A DNA stretch of 63,150 bases, counting the filler, from Octopus bimaculoides (Eukaryota), in the NCBI RefSeq assembly GCF_001194135.2. It is 5 parts of 4 records of this genome, joined end to end, with 100 filler letters (N's around TTAATTAATTAA, not from the genome) between each part and the next. Parts side by side here need not be neighbours in the genome. Positions count along the whole stretch, not along the records: positions 18,989 to 34,197 come from NC_068987.1; positions 34,298 to 44,711 come from NC_068990.1; 3 more parts are not named here. One strand, written 5' to 3'. The translations under genes and the position numbers were made by a program. Positions within the stretch are counted from its first letter, which is position 1. The number at the start of each line of letters is the position of its first letter. The notes below the pieces were generated by a model. The model ran no database searches. It saw only the letters and a program-made list of their open reading frames with translations, and was not told where the DNA came from. Shown here one piece after another: positions 25,544 to 37,393 of this stretch.

Positions 25544-26103
25544 CACACACTGTGTGTTCTCTACTCTTCTTCTTAACAACAGCGCTCATCTAAATTATAT
25601 GATAACCACCCAGGCTTAACATAAGAAGCCATGTACCTAGTAATAAGGTTAGACATTCACACAATAGGATAAAGGCTTTTCCTAAGCGAAATTCCATTTT
25701 CAAACTTCAAGATCATAAAAATAATACTGATTTACGCTCTGATTCTAGGTATATAAACTGGTTGAATGTGAGATTGGTCTACAGTCATATTAATAAGATG
25801 TGCCACTGATTATCATCAGATCGAATAACATCCGTGTGTCTCTTATTTCAAGTGTGTGAGAAATTAAAACAACGTAAGACTTGCCTAATTGGATATCGTG
25901 GATTTTATACGCTATTATCTAAGGAGTTGCTCATCAGAATCCTGGAAAGTCCTATGTTATACAATACTACAAGCAACTGTGACTTAGACGTGATATTCCA
26001 TGTTAGTTAGGCGCTGCTCTTTGGCAAGGGTCAGCTTGGGTTGAAAAGAAATCGGACTCGGGTTGTTCCTTGTATATGAGGAACATAGGTTCGTTTCACA
26101 GGG

Positions 26104-26156
<53 letters not shown>

Positions 26157-26787
26157 TCGCTTTGAATTATTTATATTAGACGTATTAAAAAAAGATTCTC
26201 CTCCACTTTGGTTTGTACACATATAATGCGTTGGCTGATCCAAATATACAAATGAGCGCTCGTTGGAGTAATATTTCAGTCTTTCACTTTTAAACACTAT
26301 CTTACAATAACTAAATTTTGAATGCAATGTTTGATCTTGGTAAATATTCATGCAAATTTCTTAGAAACCCCAACGAGGAGCTCAACTACATTAATGTAGG
26401 GTCGAGCTATCCCATATGGCGTTTAAGAACATTATAAGAGCACTAAGAACATTCTATGAGCAGGGTTTTAACCTGGATTTCATCTAATAAAGAAATATTT
26501 GACAAGGCAACACCTTACTAATAACTACATTCTTGTGAGTAGCAGATTCAAAGAAAAAAATAACCTACAATCTCAGCTCGGTCCCCACTAAGAGAAAAAG
26601 CGTAGAAATATTATTAGTTTCGCACTCAATTCTAGCTCAATGTTAAATAAGGTATAGAGAAAACTTTTCTCGGATTAATAGAGAGCTAATTCCCGCCTAC
26701 CCCCAGAAACCCAGAATTGTTTGAAAATAAAAACAAAAATAATAAAAACAAAAAACAGTTAAGACTACGATTAGCTGCACTCTTAAT

Positions 26788-26958
26788 ATGAAACAGCTCC
26801 TACTTCGTGAAATATTCACACCCAATGAGACTGAATGTTCATGCAGGAGAATTGCGACTTGCCCACTGAATCGATCAGAAATCAAAACCACAGAAGCTAA
26901 CCATAATACCAGCCTGAAACGCTACGGTAGTTTGACAGTGGGCCTCTTTAAGAAATAA
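26788..26958 (+). mobile_element. Possible Penelope-like element coding remnant (CxC-x5-CPL linker before GIY-YIG)
   Basis: MKQLLLREIFTPNETECSCRRIATCPLNRSEIK... The CSCRRIATCPLN segment resembles the CNCR..x..CPLNG motif of PLE proteins. Short match only. Confidence 0.35.
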
Positions 26959-27096
26959 AACAACTCTCTCTTCAGAAACATCGGGAGGCGAAATAATACA
27001 GAACTCGCAAGCTACGTAAAATGAGTGAAATTTTCCGAAAAATGCAAGCCATACGTGAATATTAGCAGACGTTGGTTTTCTGCCGCGTAGTAAATA

Positions 27097-27310
27097 ATCA
27101 TTTCTATTACAGGCACAAGGCCTGAAATTTCTTTTACAGGCACAAAGCCTGAAATAAATCGATTAATGGTACTTATTTTACTGACCCCGAAAGGTTGAAA
27201 GGCAAAGCAAAATCCACCTCGGCGGATTTTGAACTCAGTACTTAAAGACGGATGAAATACCGCTAAGCATTTTTTCCGGCGTGCTAACGATTCTGCCAGT
27301 TCGCCACCTT
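27097..27310 (-). mobile_element. SINE family B
   Basis: Reverse complement matches the family B consensus; small internal duplication of ACAGGCACAA(G/A)GCCTGAAAT at the tail. Confidence 0.85.
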
Positions 27311-28398
27311 TTATGCCATGTAGTAAATAATAAAACTCCTCTCGACCGGGGTTTGACTTAGCTTTTAGGCTAAGTCAAAAGTTTTCAGTCCCTGCTTGCA
27401 CGAACAGAAATCTTTAGTCCGGTACTGAACACACCGCCACAACCCTTTAAGGGGCTTACCATTATGTTTATGTTTATGCGAGTGCATGTGTGCATGTACA
27501 ATTGCATCCGGTCGCAAGGTAGGGCAGATTGTCTACCGAATAAGCGTAGTGGAATGATTTTGGTCTATCTAAAATGAATTTAATTCCTTCAACGCATGCT
27601 CTTTAATGTTAGAATTTTGCAGCGATTTCATACGCACAAATACGCACGCATACGCATGCATACGAATTTGATGTTTACCGTTTTTCTACATATGTGGATC
27701 TTTTCACGAAAATATATTCCAACTCTTCATATACAGCTTCGTGCAATAGAATACTAGCGCAAAAACCAATTTAGTTCTACGTGGGAAGAAAAGTAGTGAA
27801 GCACGTGAAGGGTCAACGGGAAAGCGTTCGCATGCATAAATACATACATACATACATACATACATACATACACTTCTATTTCACTATACACGCCAGCTCA
27901 ATTTGATTCGTCTTTATTAGTCAAAAGACACCTGTTGTTATTTTTTTGTTCTCCGTTTTTTTGTCTTTGTTGCTGTTCACATTCGCTTGTTTTCTGGCAA
28001 AAAAATCTAATGATCTTAGCTTGGACTTTGTGTGTGTGTGTGNNNNNNNNNNATCAGATTTGAACAGTCCCAAGTATAACTGCTCGAAACTGTAAGGACA
28101 ATCTGGAAACTTAACTGAGGAGAGTAGGCCACGAATGACACGTCATTATTTATTTTCTGTCGCTCTATTTGTTGTTTCTTGTCTGCTTTTGTATTGTCTA
28201 TCTGCCCGGATGTTTTATTGTCTTCGATTGCGTTTTTGTTCCATTTTTTAAAATATTTATATATACATATAGCCGCGTACGTACACTTTTGGTCACCTTG
28301 TTAGTGAGTATGTATGTATGTATGTATGTATGTATGTATGTATGTATGTATGTATGTATGTATGTTTGTATGTATGTATATATATATATATATACTAT

Positions 28399-28810
28399 AG
28401 GTGTAGGAGTGGCTGTGTAGTAAGAAACTTGCTTCCCAACACATGGTTCAGGGTGCAGTCCCACTGCCTGAAACCTTGGGCAAGTGTCTTCTACTATAGC
28501 CTCGGGCCGACCAAAGCCTTTTGAGTGGATTTGGTAGACGGAAACTGAAAGAAGGCCGTCACACACACACACACACATATATATATTTGTTTGTTTGTGT
28601 CTGTTTTTTCTTTCCCCACCATCGCTTGACAACCAATGTTGGTGTGTTTACGTCCCAATAACTTAGCGGTTCGGCAAAAGAGACCGATGGAATAAGTACT
28701 AGGCTTACAAAGAATAGGTCCTGGGGTCGATTTGTTCGATTAAACCCCCTTAAGGTGGTGTTCCAGCATGGTCGCAGTCAAACGATTGAAACAGGTAAAA
28801 GATAAAAGAA
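28399..28810 (+). mobile_element. SINE family A, full length
   Basis: tRNA-like head (GTGGCTGTGTAGTAAG...GGTTCAGGGTGCAGTCCC), CCTTGGGCAAGTG core, internal (CA)(TA)n, 3' body and AAAAGAT tail. Confidence 0.9.
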
Positions 28811-28828
28811 TATATATATATAACTTAC

Positions 28829-28901
28829 CTTGTACTACACTTTGACATTTTTTGATATTTTGGCATCTGAAGCAACTGGATAGCTTGACCAAAAGAAACC
28901 G
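28829..28901 (-). CDS. Candidate 73-nt internal exon of an unidentified gene
   Basis: T-rich tract ...TTTTTGATTGCAATAG| acceptor and AAG|GTAAGT donor. Open when entered in phase 1 (VSFGQAIQLLQMPKYQKMSKCST) or phase 0. No homology recognised. Confidence 0.25.
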
Positions 28902-29078
28902 CTATTGCAATCAAAAATAAATATTGAAAACAAAAAACAAAAAAAAAAACGCATTGGCCAGATTTGGACATACGACAGTTTAACATAATAGCAACGATAA
29001 ATAATGTTTGTCTGACGAACGCCAGTAGGCCGGAACTTCGAAGTCACTATCAACCATCTTCTAAAAGTACAATTTATA

Positions 29079-29851
29079 TTAGGGTGTATCAATTTTGGGG
29101 AGTAAATGGGAAAATTCAGAATCTTTAATTTTGGAGTAATTTATTGTTGCCTTTTAGCATACAAAACAAAATTCTGGTAAGAAAAACAATTTTAAATAAC
29201 TCTTAACTACATCAATATGAGTTTGAAATTTATATGTTTTGAGAATTTTGAACATAATTGGTTTTCACCGGCATCTTTCTGTTTCAAGTTTCATATATAC
29301 TATAATACATTCCAATATACTATTTGGAAGTAGTCAAAGCCTTCACATCTTTATTGCTCTTGTTTCTTTTCATCAGTTGCCCGCTGACTGCTTGTGATTT
29401 GATGTAACCCTCTTGCTTCTCGTGACTGTAAACATGACTCGCAGCTTCAGTAACACACCTCTCAACACCTTGTGTGTTTGAGGGTCATTTTGGTACTATC
29501 ATTGGTGTGTCTTTAAAGCTTTCTTCCTGTGCCAATTAACAGGCTCAAATGGGATGCCATCTGGCCCCTAGTCTTCAACGTTGACATCTTGTGAATATTT
29601 GAAAAGAGTAAAAATTCATTTAACCAATTAAAAGATAATATAAGAGTGATATTTTGAGTCTAGTCAGTTTTTTATATAAATTTTCAGTTATTGTTCCAAA
29701 ACAACACCATATTGAAAATTTAGGATAAAATTGATGTAGGTTAGAGTTATTTTAATCTATTTTGGTTTATATATCTCTGGGTGTAAAAAGGCACAATAAC
29801 TCCGCTACCAAATTAGATTTTTAGTAAGTTATTAAAATTGACACACCCTTA
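29079..29851. mobile_element. MITE with long imperfect TIRs, TA-flanked (Tc1/mariner-type)
   Basis: Left TTAGGGTGTATCAATTT versus right AAATTGACACACCCTTA. Subterminal similarity extends about 140 bp (TTATTGT(T)GCCTTTT, AAATAACTCT.A.CTACATCAAT). TA on both sides; no ORF. Confidence 0.72.
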
Positions 29852-30700
29852 TATATATGCATATGTATATATATATAGATGTGTTTATGTGCCCTATATA
29901 CATATGCATGTATATCTATGTATCTGTACACACACACACAAACACACATATACTTACGTATTCACACACGCACTGTTACATATATACACACACGCGCACA
30001 CACACTCACACATACAAAACTATATGTATGCATACAAGGGTGCAGTGCTAATATTTAGGTGCGGTACTGACAAAATACTTGCAATTTCTTATATCCGTTA
30101 ACGACATTATAGCCTACTATTATATTTCACTGTGTGAGTTTTCCATTAAAACATGATAATTTATTTTTCTAATAGGTATTGCATGGTTGTACAGAGTAAC
30201 TTACACTCACTTAGTGTCATAAAATATATTTATCAAGCAAGTAAAGTAAGAGGTCTTAATTACATGCATTACCAATTTAAAAGTAAGAGGTGATAATTGC
30301 GTTTATTACCAATTATCTACTAATCAGATGTGATCAATGAGAATTGTCGCAATATTTTCTACAAATGGTCGGAAGGTTTGAAGCAACTCTTGTAAGCGTG
30401 TTATATGCTAGTCTGTTGTATCACGGCTATAATGTCTCATACGGCTTTGGATATGTACTTAATTTTTATCAATCCTGGAAGAATAAAAGTCTACCACCGC
30501 GGGATATGAGCTCAAAATACAATGGAAAGTTGTCAAGTACCGATTTATAAAAGAGGCTCTAAGTCACAAATCTTAAAAAAGGAAAAATGATATCAAATGT
30601 ACATCACTTTCTGACTGATACTTTATTTTAGTAACTCTGAAGAGATCATTGTCAGTTGCAACAAGTTTTGAATTTAGAACCTAGAGATGTTATTACCACA

Positions 30701-31350
30701 AAGCATCGAAGAGGCCAGGGAATAGAAGAAAGAAGACATGCACCCAACACCAGAGCTGAAGACACCTCCGAAAGGAGGGGCCCTGCCACGTCAAAACGGT
30801 AGAGGAGTAGGGGCCGAAACCGGACGTGGTTCCTCCTGATGATGTCTTCAGCTAACTGGATCCTATAAAGGAGCTGTTGTGGTAGCAGACCACGAAACAT
30901 GGTTGAAATTCCTCCTGTGGGANNNNNNNNNNNNNNNNNNNNNNNNNNNNNNNNNNNNNNNNNNNNNNNNNNNNNNNNNNNNNNNNNNNNNNNNNNNNNN
31001 NNNNNNNNNNNNNNNNNNNNNNNNNNNNNNNNNNNNNNNNNNNNNNNNNNNNNNNNNNNNNNNNNNNNNNNNNNNNNNNNNNNNNNNNNNNNNNNNNNNN
31101 NNNNNNNNNNNNNNNNNNNNNNNNNNNNAAGCATCGAAGAGGCCAGGGAATAGAAGAAAGAAGACATGCACCCAACACCAGAGCTGAAGACACCTCCGAA
31201 AGGAGGGGCCCTGCCACGTCAAAACGGTAGAGGAGTAGGGGCCGAAACCGGACGTGGTTCCTCCTGATGATGTCTTCAGCTAACTGGATCCTATAAAGGA
31301 GCTGTTGTGGTAGCAGACCACGAAACATGGTTGAAATTCCTCCTGTGGGA
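30701..31350. repeat. Identical 222-bp direct duplication flanking a 206-N gap (30701-30922 = 31129-31350)
   Basis: The two blocks read identically base for base. Either an unmerged contig overlap or a collapsed tandem array. Confidence 0.9.
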
Positions 31351-31690
31351 TGATACCGACTATGCCCTCTTTTCTCATTCAGTCTCATTCAAAGTAGCAA
31401 GGATTTCTGGCTTAGGTACAGAGGATGAGACAGAGTCGATTATTTTGACGCCAGTATTTGATCGGTGCTTTATTTTATCAACCCCAAAATGATAAATGAC
31501 AAAGCAGACCTCAAGCTAGCCCAGAACGTAAAGAGACTTAATTAAAATCCACAAGGTATCGGCCCTATAATCTCATCATTCTTCCTTCCCTCTCTTTTGC
31601 TACTAATAAAAGATGTATTAATTATGGTACGTTCAGACATTTTGTATGGATTATGTTTTGACGAACTATTTGAAATTCTCAATTATTTTC

Positions 31691-32370
31691 AGCTCCTGGT
31701 GTAACTGATACTAAAGAGAGAAAACTGCAGATGATCAATCTCTGTTGCAACTAATATTAATAAATAGACTGCTGGAGAAGATCAACTTCTATTGTAATAG
31801 ATATTAGTGAATAGGTTGCAGAAGATCAACTTCTGTTGTAAATGATATTGGTGAGCGGAGTGTGGGAGATCAACCTCTGATGTTGCTGATATTACTGATC
31901 AGGTTAGAGAAGATCAACCGTTGGGGTAACTGATATTAGTGAGCAAGCTGTAGAAGTAAATCAATCATGATTAAGTGAGCAGACTTCAGAAAACCAACCT
32001 CTGTTGTAAATTATATTAGTAAGCAATTTGCAGGAGAGGATCGACCCTTTTTGCAATTGATATCAGTAAGTAGATTGGAGAGGATCAATTTCTGTTGTAT
32101 CTGGTATTAGTGAACATAAGATTACATAAGATTAACTGCTGGTGTGACTGGTAATTGCGAGCAGACTTCAGAAGTTCAATAGCGGTTGCAACTGATATTA
32201 GTAGGCAGACTGTAGATGATCAACAACTGGTATAACTGATATTAGTGAACAAATTGCCGAAGACCAATCACTATTATAATTTATATTAGTGAGGAGACCA
32301 CAGGCGATCATGTTTGCTGCAATTGATATGTTAGTGATATTGATGTTAGTAAGCAAACTGCAGAAGTTCG
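31691..32370. repeat. Degenerate 44-bp minisatellite, about 15 units
   Basis: Consensus approximately GAAGATCAACYTCTGTTGTAACTGATATTAGTGAGCAGACTGCA. Unit starts at 31730, 31777, 31821, 31865, 31909, 31953, 31989, 32036, 32080, 32127, 32171, 32215, 32259, 32303. Confidence 0.9.
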
Positions 32371-33449
32371 GCGAAATTTAGTTTATTTTCAATTTATATC
32401 TCGAGATAAATAATTGTTGAAACAGCTTGAGTAAGTACACAACTATCTAAATGAGATTAAGTCAGTAGTTCAGTGCTCATTCACCAATGAAACAGTTTGA
32501 ATGGGAGCCCACAAGAGCTGCTGTTGCAGTAGATCAACCCCAGGTCAGCCCTGTTTGAGCAGACCTGCGATCAAAAGCATTCCATCTGTGATCATTCTAA
32601 GATATTTGCACCCTGTATTTTGGCCGTGTCGGTATTGTAGGAGGCGAAACCAAACTCTTCATAGTATGCTAGAATTGGTGACTCTAGCAGAGCCTAATGA
32701 AGATATCCGTAAGTCGAGATGTAGATGATATACCACCCTATGACTATACAATACGACAGGACGATACATGGTACAATGGAAATCATCCAGCACATAGCAA
32801 ACTTCATATATCAGAGCTTCAAGTTCATTATTAATTCCACGTAACATGCCCGGAATTGCCACTGCACATGCTTAAGATCGGATTAAAAGTTTGTCATAGG
32901 TAATTCTAACTTTAACCAATTGAAATTTTGAAAGTTGTCATCGTTTGTCCTGATGAGCTTTGATAAATCAATATTTTTATCGCCTCGTCACAATGGTAAT
33001 TTTAATAAATTAATTTATTTTTCGTTTAGCTCCCTGTATTAAATATATTAGTATTTCTTTAGCTATTGTTTTGTTATGCAGACATTGTACCTCTTCGTCG
33101 TGATATACTGCATAAATTGGTGTACTTATGCATCCCTAGCTAGAATAATTACAGTTTTTACACTAACGTAACAATTCACAGCGTTCGATACAATACCACC
33201 TTATTTAACCGACGGCATACATCTTGTTACTTATTTCATACTAATTTCTTTATTTCTTTGTTGTGGGTGAGAAAAGTTGCAGCTGTTACATTATGAAGTG
33301 CTTATAAATCTTCAGTTGACAAAATAATAAACAATAGCGAGTCCATGTTTAAACTCAATATTTCCATCGATCACTTCCAGCGAACACTGAATTTAAATCA
33401 TCCACTACTTATTTATTGCCTGTGAAGTTCGTAAAAACATACATGTCTC

Positions 33450-33512
<63 letters not shown>

Positions 33513-33702
33513 TATAAATTGTCCGACAGCGTCAAGCACTATAAAGAGGTGCCTCTGTGCAAAGAGATTAATAACAGTCAATAAGAACTAACGAATGGGA
33601 GTCTGTGTAGTCAACATGCTAGAAATATTAGTCAAATCTCTCACAAATCATGCTTTGTCGTCTTAAAACTGGATCGACACAAATACATTGATTAATGTAG
33701 TT

Positions 33703-34094
33703 GTTGATGTTGGCACTCCGTCGCTTACGACGTCGAGGGTTCCAGTTGATCCGATCAACGGAACAGTCTGCTCGTGAAATTAACGTGCAAGTGGCTGAGC
33801 ACTCCACAGACACGTGTACCCTTAACATAGTTCTCGGGGATATTCAGCATAACACAGTGTGACAAGGCTGACCCTTTGAATTACAGGCACAACAGAAACA
33901 GGAAGTAAGAGTGAGAGAAAGTTGTGGTGGAAGAGTACAGCAGGGTTCGCCACCATCCCCTGCCGGAGTCTCGTTGAGCTTTAGGTGTTTTCGCATAATA
34001 AATAAACACTCACAACGCTCGGTCTGGGAATCGAAACCGCTGTCCTATGACCGCGAGTCCACTGCCATAACCACTGGGCCATTGCGCCTCCACA
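33703..34094 (-). mobile_element. tRNA-derived SINE family D, full length, 12-bp TSD
   Basis: Head GTGGAGGCGCAATGGCCCAGTGG...GGTTTCGATTCCC; tail CGACGGAGTGCCAACATCAAC. TSD ATTAATGTAGTT at 33691-33702 and 34095-34106. Confidence 0.9.
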
Positions 34095-34297
34095 ATTAAT
34101 GTAGTTATAGATAAAAAAATATTTGAAAGAAAGAGACGGGATGATCACAGCTTGAACTCATTTGCTCATAGGGCTACTGGATTAGGATTGAGCTAGGNNN
34201 NNNNNNNNNNNNNNNNNNNNNNNNNNNNNNNNNNNNNNNNNTTAATTAATTAANNNNNNNNNNNNNNNNNNNNNNNNNNNNNNNNNNNNNNNNNNNN

Positions 34298-34315
34298 GGG
34301 TTAGGGTTAGGGTTA
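34298..34315 (+). repeat. Telomere-type (TTAGGG)n remnant at a gap edge
   Basis: GGGTTAGGGTTAGGGTTA immediately after the gap; degenerate GGATTAGGATTGAGCTAGG on the other side. Confidence 0.5.
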
Positions 34316-35352
34316 AAGCAAATTTAAAATGAAAAAAGCAAATAAAACGAAGGTATGGAGATTATATACGCTTTACATCGCTTAATCAGCCAAAGGAGTA
34401 AATATAAACAACTGAATACTTGTCAGTGATTGGTTGAAATTATCGAAATAAGACAATTTTTTACATGAAATAAATTCGAATACAAAAATATTTTTCTGTT
34501 CTATAACACAAAATAGATAAGTATACGAAGTTTGAAAGTCTTTCCGTACCAAAAACACTACGTAAAACATTAATGAAAAATGTGGCCCCCGTTTTAAAAT
34601 AGATCCGAAGACACTACTCAAGGTGCTTCGTTGTCGAACTGAATCCGAAATCATATGGTTATGAAGCAGACTTATCACCACACATTTATACAGGCGCCTA
34701 TACCTCCTATCTTTTAGCCAGACCCTTTATAATTTCTTCCAATTCACTGCTTTCACCTTAACTTCAATAATGTAATTTTGTTTTTCATCCCCTTTACTTT
34801 CTATGTTTGTATAAGCGTAGGTTATTATCTCCGAAATCGCCGTAATCTTAAGCTTAACTCTAATTTACCATGTCTTTTTTGTTCTGCTGAATTCAGTTGA
34901 TAACAGAGCATAATTTTGTTTATAATATATCACTAGCAAGTTTATTTCTACAATGTCACACACGTTATCCACACGTAATCAATCGTAATAATATTTTATA
35001 TGTTTACAGGGATAGTTCGTGTCAGTAAACAGAAAGGGAACATGCCTACGTGTTGATTTGATCGATTATAATAATAGATTATCATAACCGATTATGGTTA
35101 GGTTTCAATGCTAGGAAAATATTAACTATTCTTTCTTCATAGATTGCTTCTTATCCAATTTACCCATATAGCTTAATATATTTTGATGACGAAGTTGAAT
35201 GACAGTAATCCGTATTGTACCGGTTACTTAAAGTACCTCCCAGTCTTATGTTCAAATTCTACCGATATCAATTTCGATGTTTAGTATTTCGAAGACCATA
35301 AAATAAATAGCAGTGAAGATATGAGAATCGATTAAATCAGCATAAATTTCTC

Positions 35353-35453
<101 letters not shown>

Positions 35454-35944
35454 ATCTCTCTATCTATGTATCTCTAGCTAGTTATCTAGCTTGCTATCTA
35501 TCTATTTATCTATCTATCTCTTTCTTAAATTTCGGCTTCTTCCAGAATCAACATATGTGCAGGGAGTATCGTTGTTTGAGAAATAAATATATCGTAATCA
35601 AATGCCTCGAACTTGTTAAAGATACTTTATTGAAACTGCGCTTAAGATTATAATCGTAACACAATAATTATATTGTCGGTTTGGCCAAACAAAGTATACA
35701 CAAGAATGGAAAGGAATATTTTTTTTGACCAATAGAAGAAGAAATTTCCAAGAATATCATGGAAAATTTGTCTATAAGTCCCTGTAAATTCGATTACAAA
35801 GCATAAAACACCTTAGGGTTATAACCAGTTAATTGAAGATCAGCCATTTTCTTCTTTCGTTTCTTCAGATCATTAAATGCGAAACTAACGGAACTATGTA
35901 TTTCTCAGCAATTAGAAATATTGGTTTAAATTGATTTAAGGATA

Positions 35945-36146
35945 TTTCATGCTTTCGCGATCGATGAAGTAAAGTACCAGTTGAACACTAGGGTCGATGT
36001 AATCAACTAGGCCCCTTCCCTAAAATTGCTGGCCATGGGCCAAAATTTAAGCCATTGTCATAGTTGTTGTTGCTGTTGTTGTTGTTGTTGTTGTTGTTCT
36101 TCTTCTTCTTCTTCTTCTTCTTCTTCTTCTTCTTCTTCTTCTTCTT

Positions 36147-36178
<32 letters not shown>

Positions 36179-36225
36179 TCTCCTTCTTCTTCTTCTTCTT
36201 CTTCTTCTACTACTACTACTACTAC

Positions 36226-36257
<32 letters not shown>

Positions 36258-36795
36258 CTTCTTCTTCTTCTTCTTCTTCTTCTTCTTCTTCTTCTTCTAA
36301 TTTTATCTCGACAAGTAGATAATTCTTATCAGTTCCTGACAGATGAAAGACAAAATTCATCTCGGCAGAATTTAAACTCGGACCATAAGTAAAAACTGGT
36401 TTAAAATTTTGGCACAAGGCCAGCAATTACGGGAGAGGAGGTATGTCGATTACATCGACCCCACTTCTTAACCAAGTACTTACGCTTAACTCTAATTTAT
36501 CGACTCTGTAAAGATGAAAAGCAAATGTCGACCTCGGTGAAATTTGAACTCAGAACGTAAAAACGAACAAAATACTGCTAAGCAGTTTGCCTGGTGTGCT
36601 AACGATTCTGCGAGCTCACCGCCTTAACATAACAAAATACTGATTTCAAATTACATCAAGCCAAGTGCTGAACTGGTGCTTATTTTATCGACCCCGAACG
36701 ACAAAGTTGACCTCAGCAGAATTTAAACTCGTAACGTAAAAACGAACGAAATGCCGCTCCCGGCGTGCTAACGATTCTGCCAGCTCGCTACCTTT
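35945..36795. mobile_element. Cluster of four partial or complete SINE B copies (+ 35945-36060; - 36300-36395, 36398-36626, 36655-36795)
   Basis: Repeated GAATTT(A/G)AACTC, AACGATTCTGC and TATCGAC blocks. Confidence 0.8.
36062..36298. repeat. Compound trinucleotide microsatellite (GTT)(CTT)(CTA)(CTT)(CTA)(CTT)
   Basis: Read directly; source of the poly-E, poly-S and poly-F ORFs. Confidence 0.97.
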
Positions 36796-37012
36796 AATAC
36801 ATCTAAATTCTACAAGGCATTTATTTTATTCTACACTTTATCTATTGTGCTAATCCATCGCCCTAGTTTTTACCTTTCATTACGACGTTGTAAAACATCT
36901 AAACATTGGCCAATAAATGTACTAATCTGCGGCCTTTATGCTAAGTCAACCAAAACCTAAAACCTCAATATAACAAGATAACATATATTTACTATGTAGA
37001 TAATATTGGAAT

Positions 37013-37393
37013 GTGGAGGCGCAGTGGTTAAGGCAGCGGACTCGCGGTCATAGGATCGCGGTATCGATTCCCAGACCGGGCGTTGTGAGTACTTATTGAG
37101 CGAAAACACCTAAAGCACCACGAGGCTCGGGCAGGGGATGGTGGCGAACCCTGCTGTACTCTTTCACCACAACTTTCTCTCACTCTTACTTCCTGTTTCT
37201 GTTGTGCCTGTAATTGAAAGGGTCAGCCTTGTCACTCTGTGTCACGCTGAATATCCCCGAGAACTTCGTTAAGGATACACGTGTCTGTGGAGTGCTCGGC
37301 CACTTGCACGTTAATTTCACGAGCAGGTTGTTCTGTTGATCGGATCAACAGGAACCCTCGACGTCGTAAGCGACGGAGTGCCAAAAACAACAA
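37013..37393 (+). mobile_element. SINE family D, full length, 11-bp TSD
   Basis: Highly similar to the reverse complement of 33703-34094. TSD AATATTGGAAT (37002-37012) / AATATCGGAAT (37394-37404). Confidence 0.9.

Noticed and set aside
30754-30853. HDV-like ribozyme reading of the pseudoknot (TCCTC motif on the minus strand)
   Set aside because: Helix order does not fit: no P4 or J4/2 between P1' and P2', and P3 is too weak.
31691-32370. CRISPR-like regular spacing or a coding repeat
   Set aside because: The whole 44-bp unit is homologous (no unique spacers), no cas genes, eukaryotic context. The period is not a multiple of 3 and stops are frequent.
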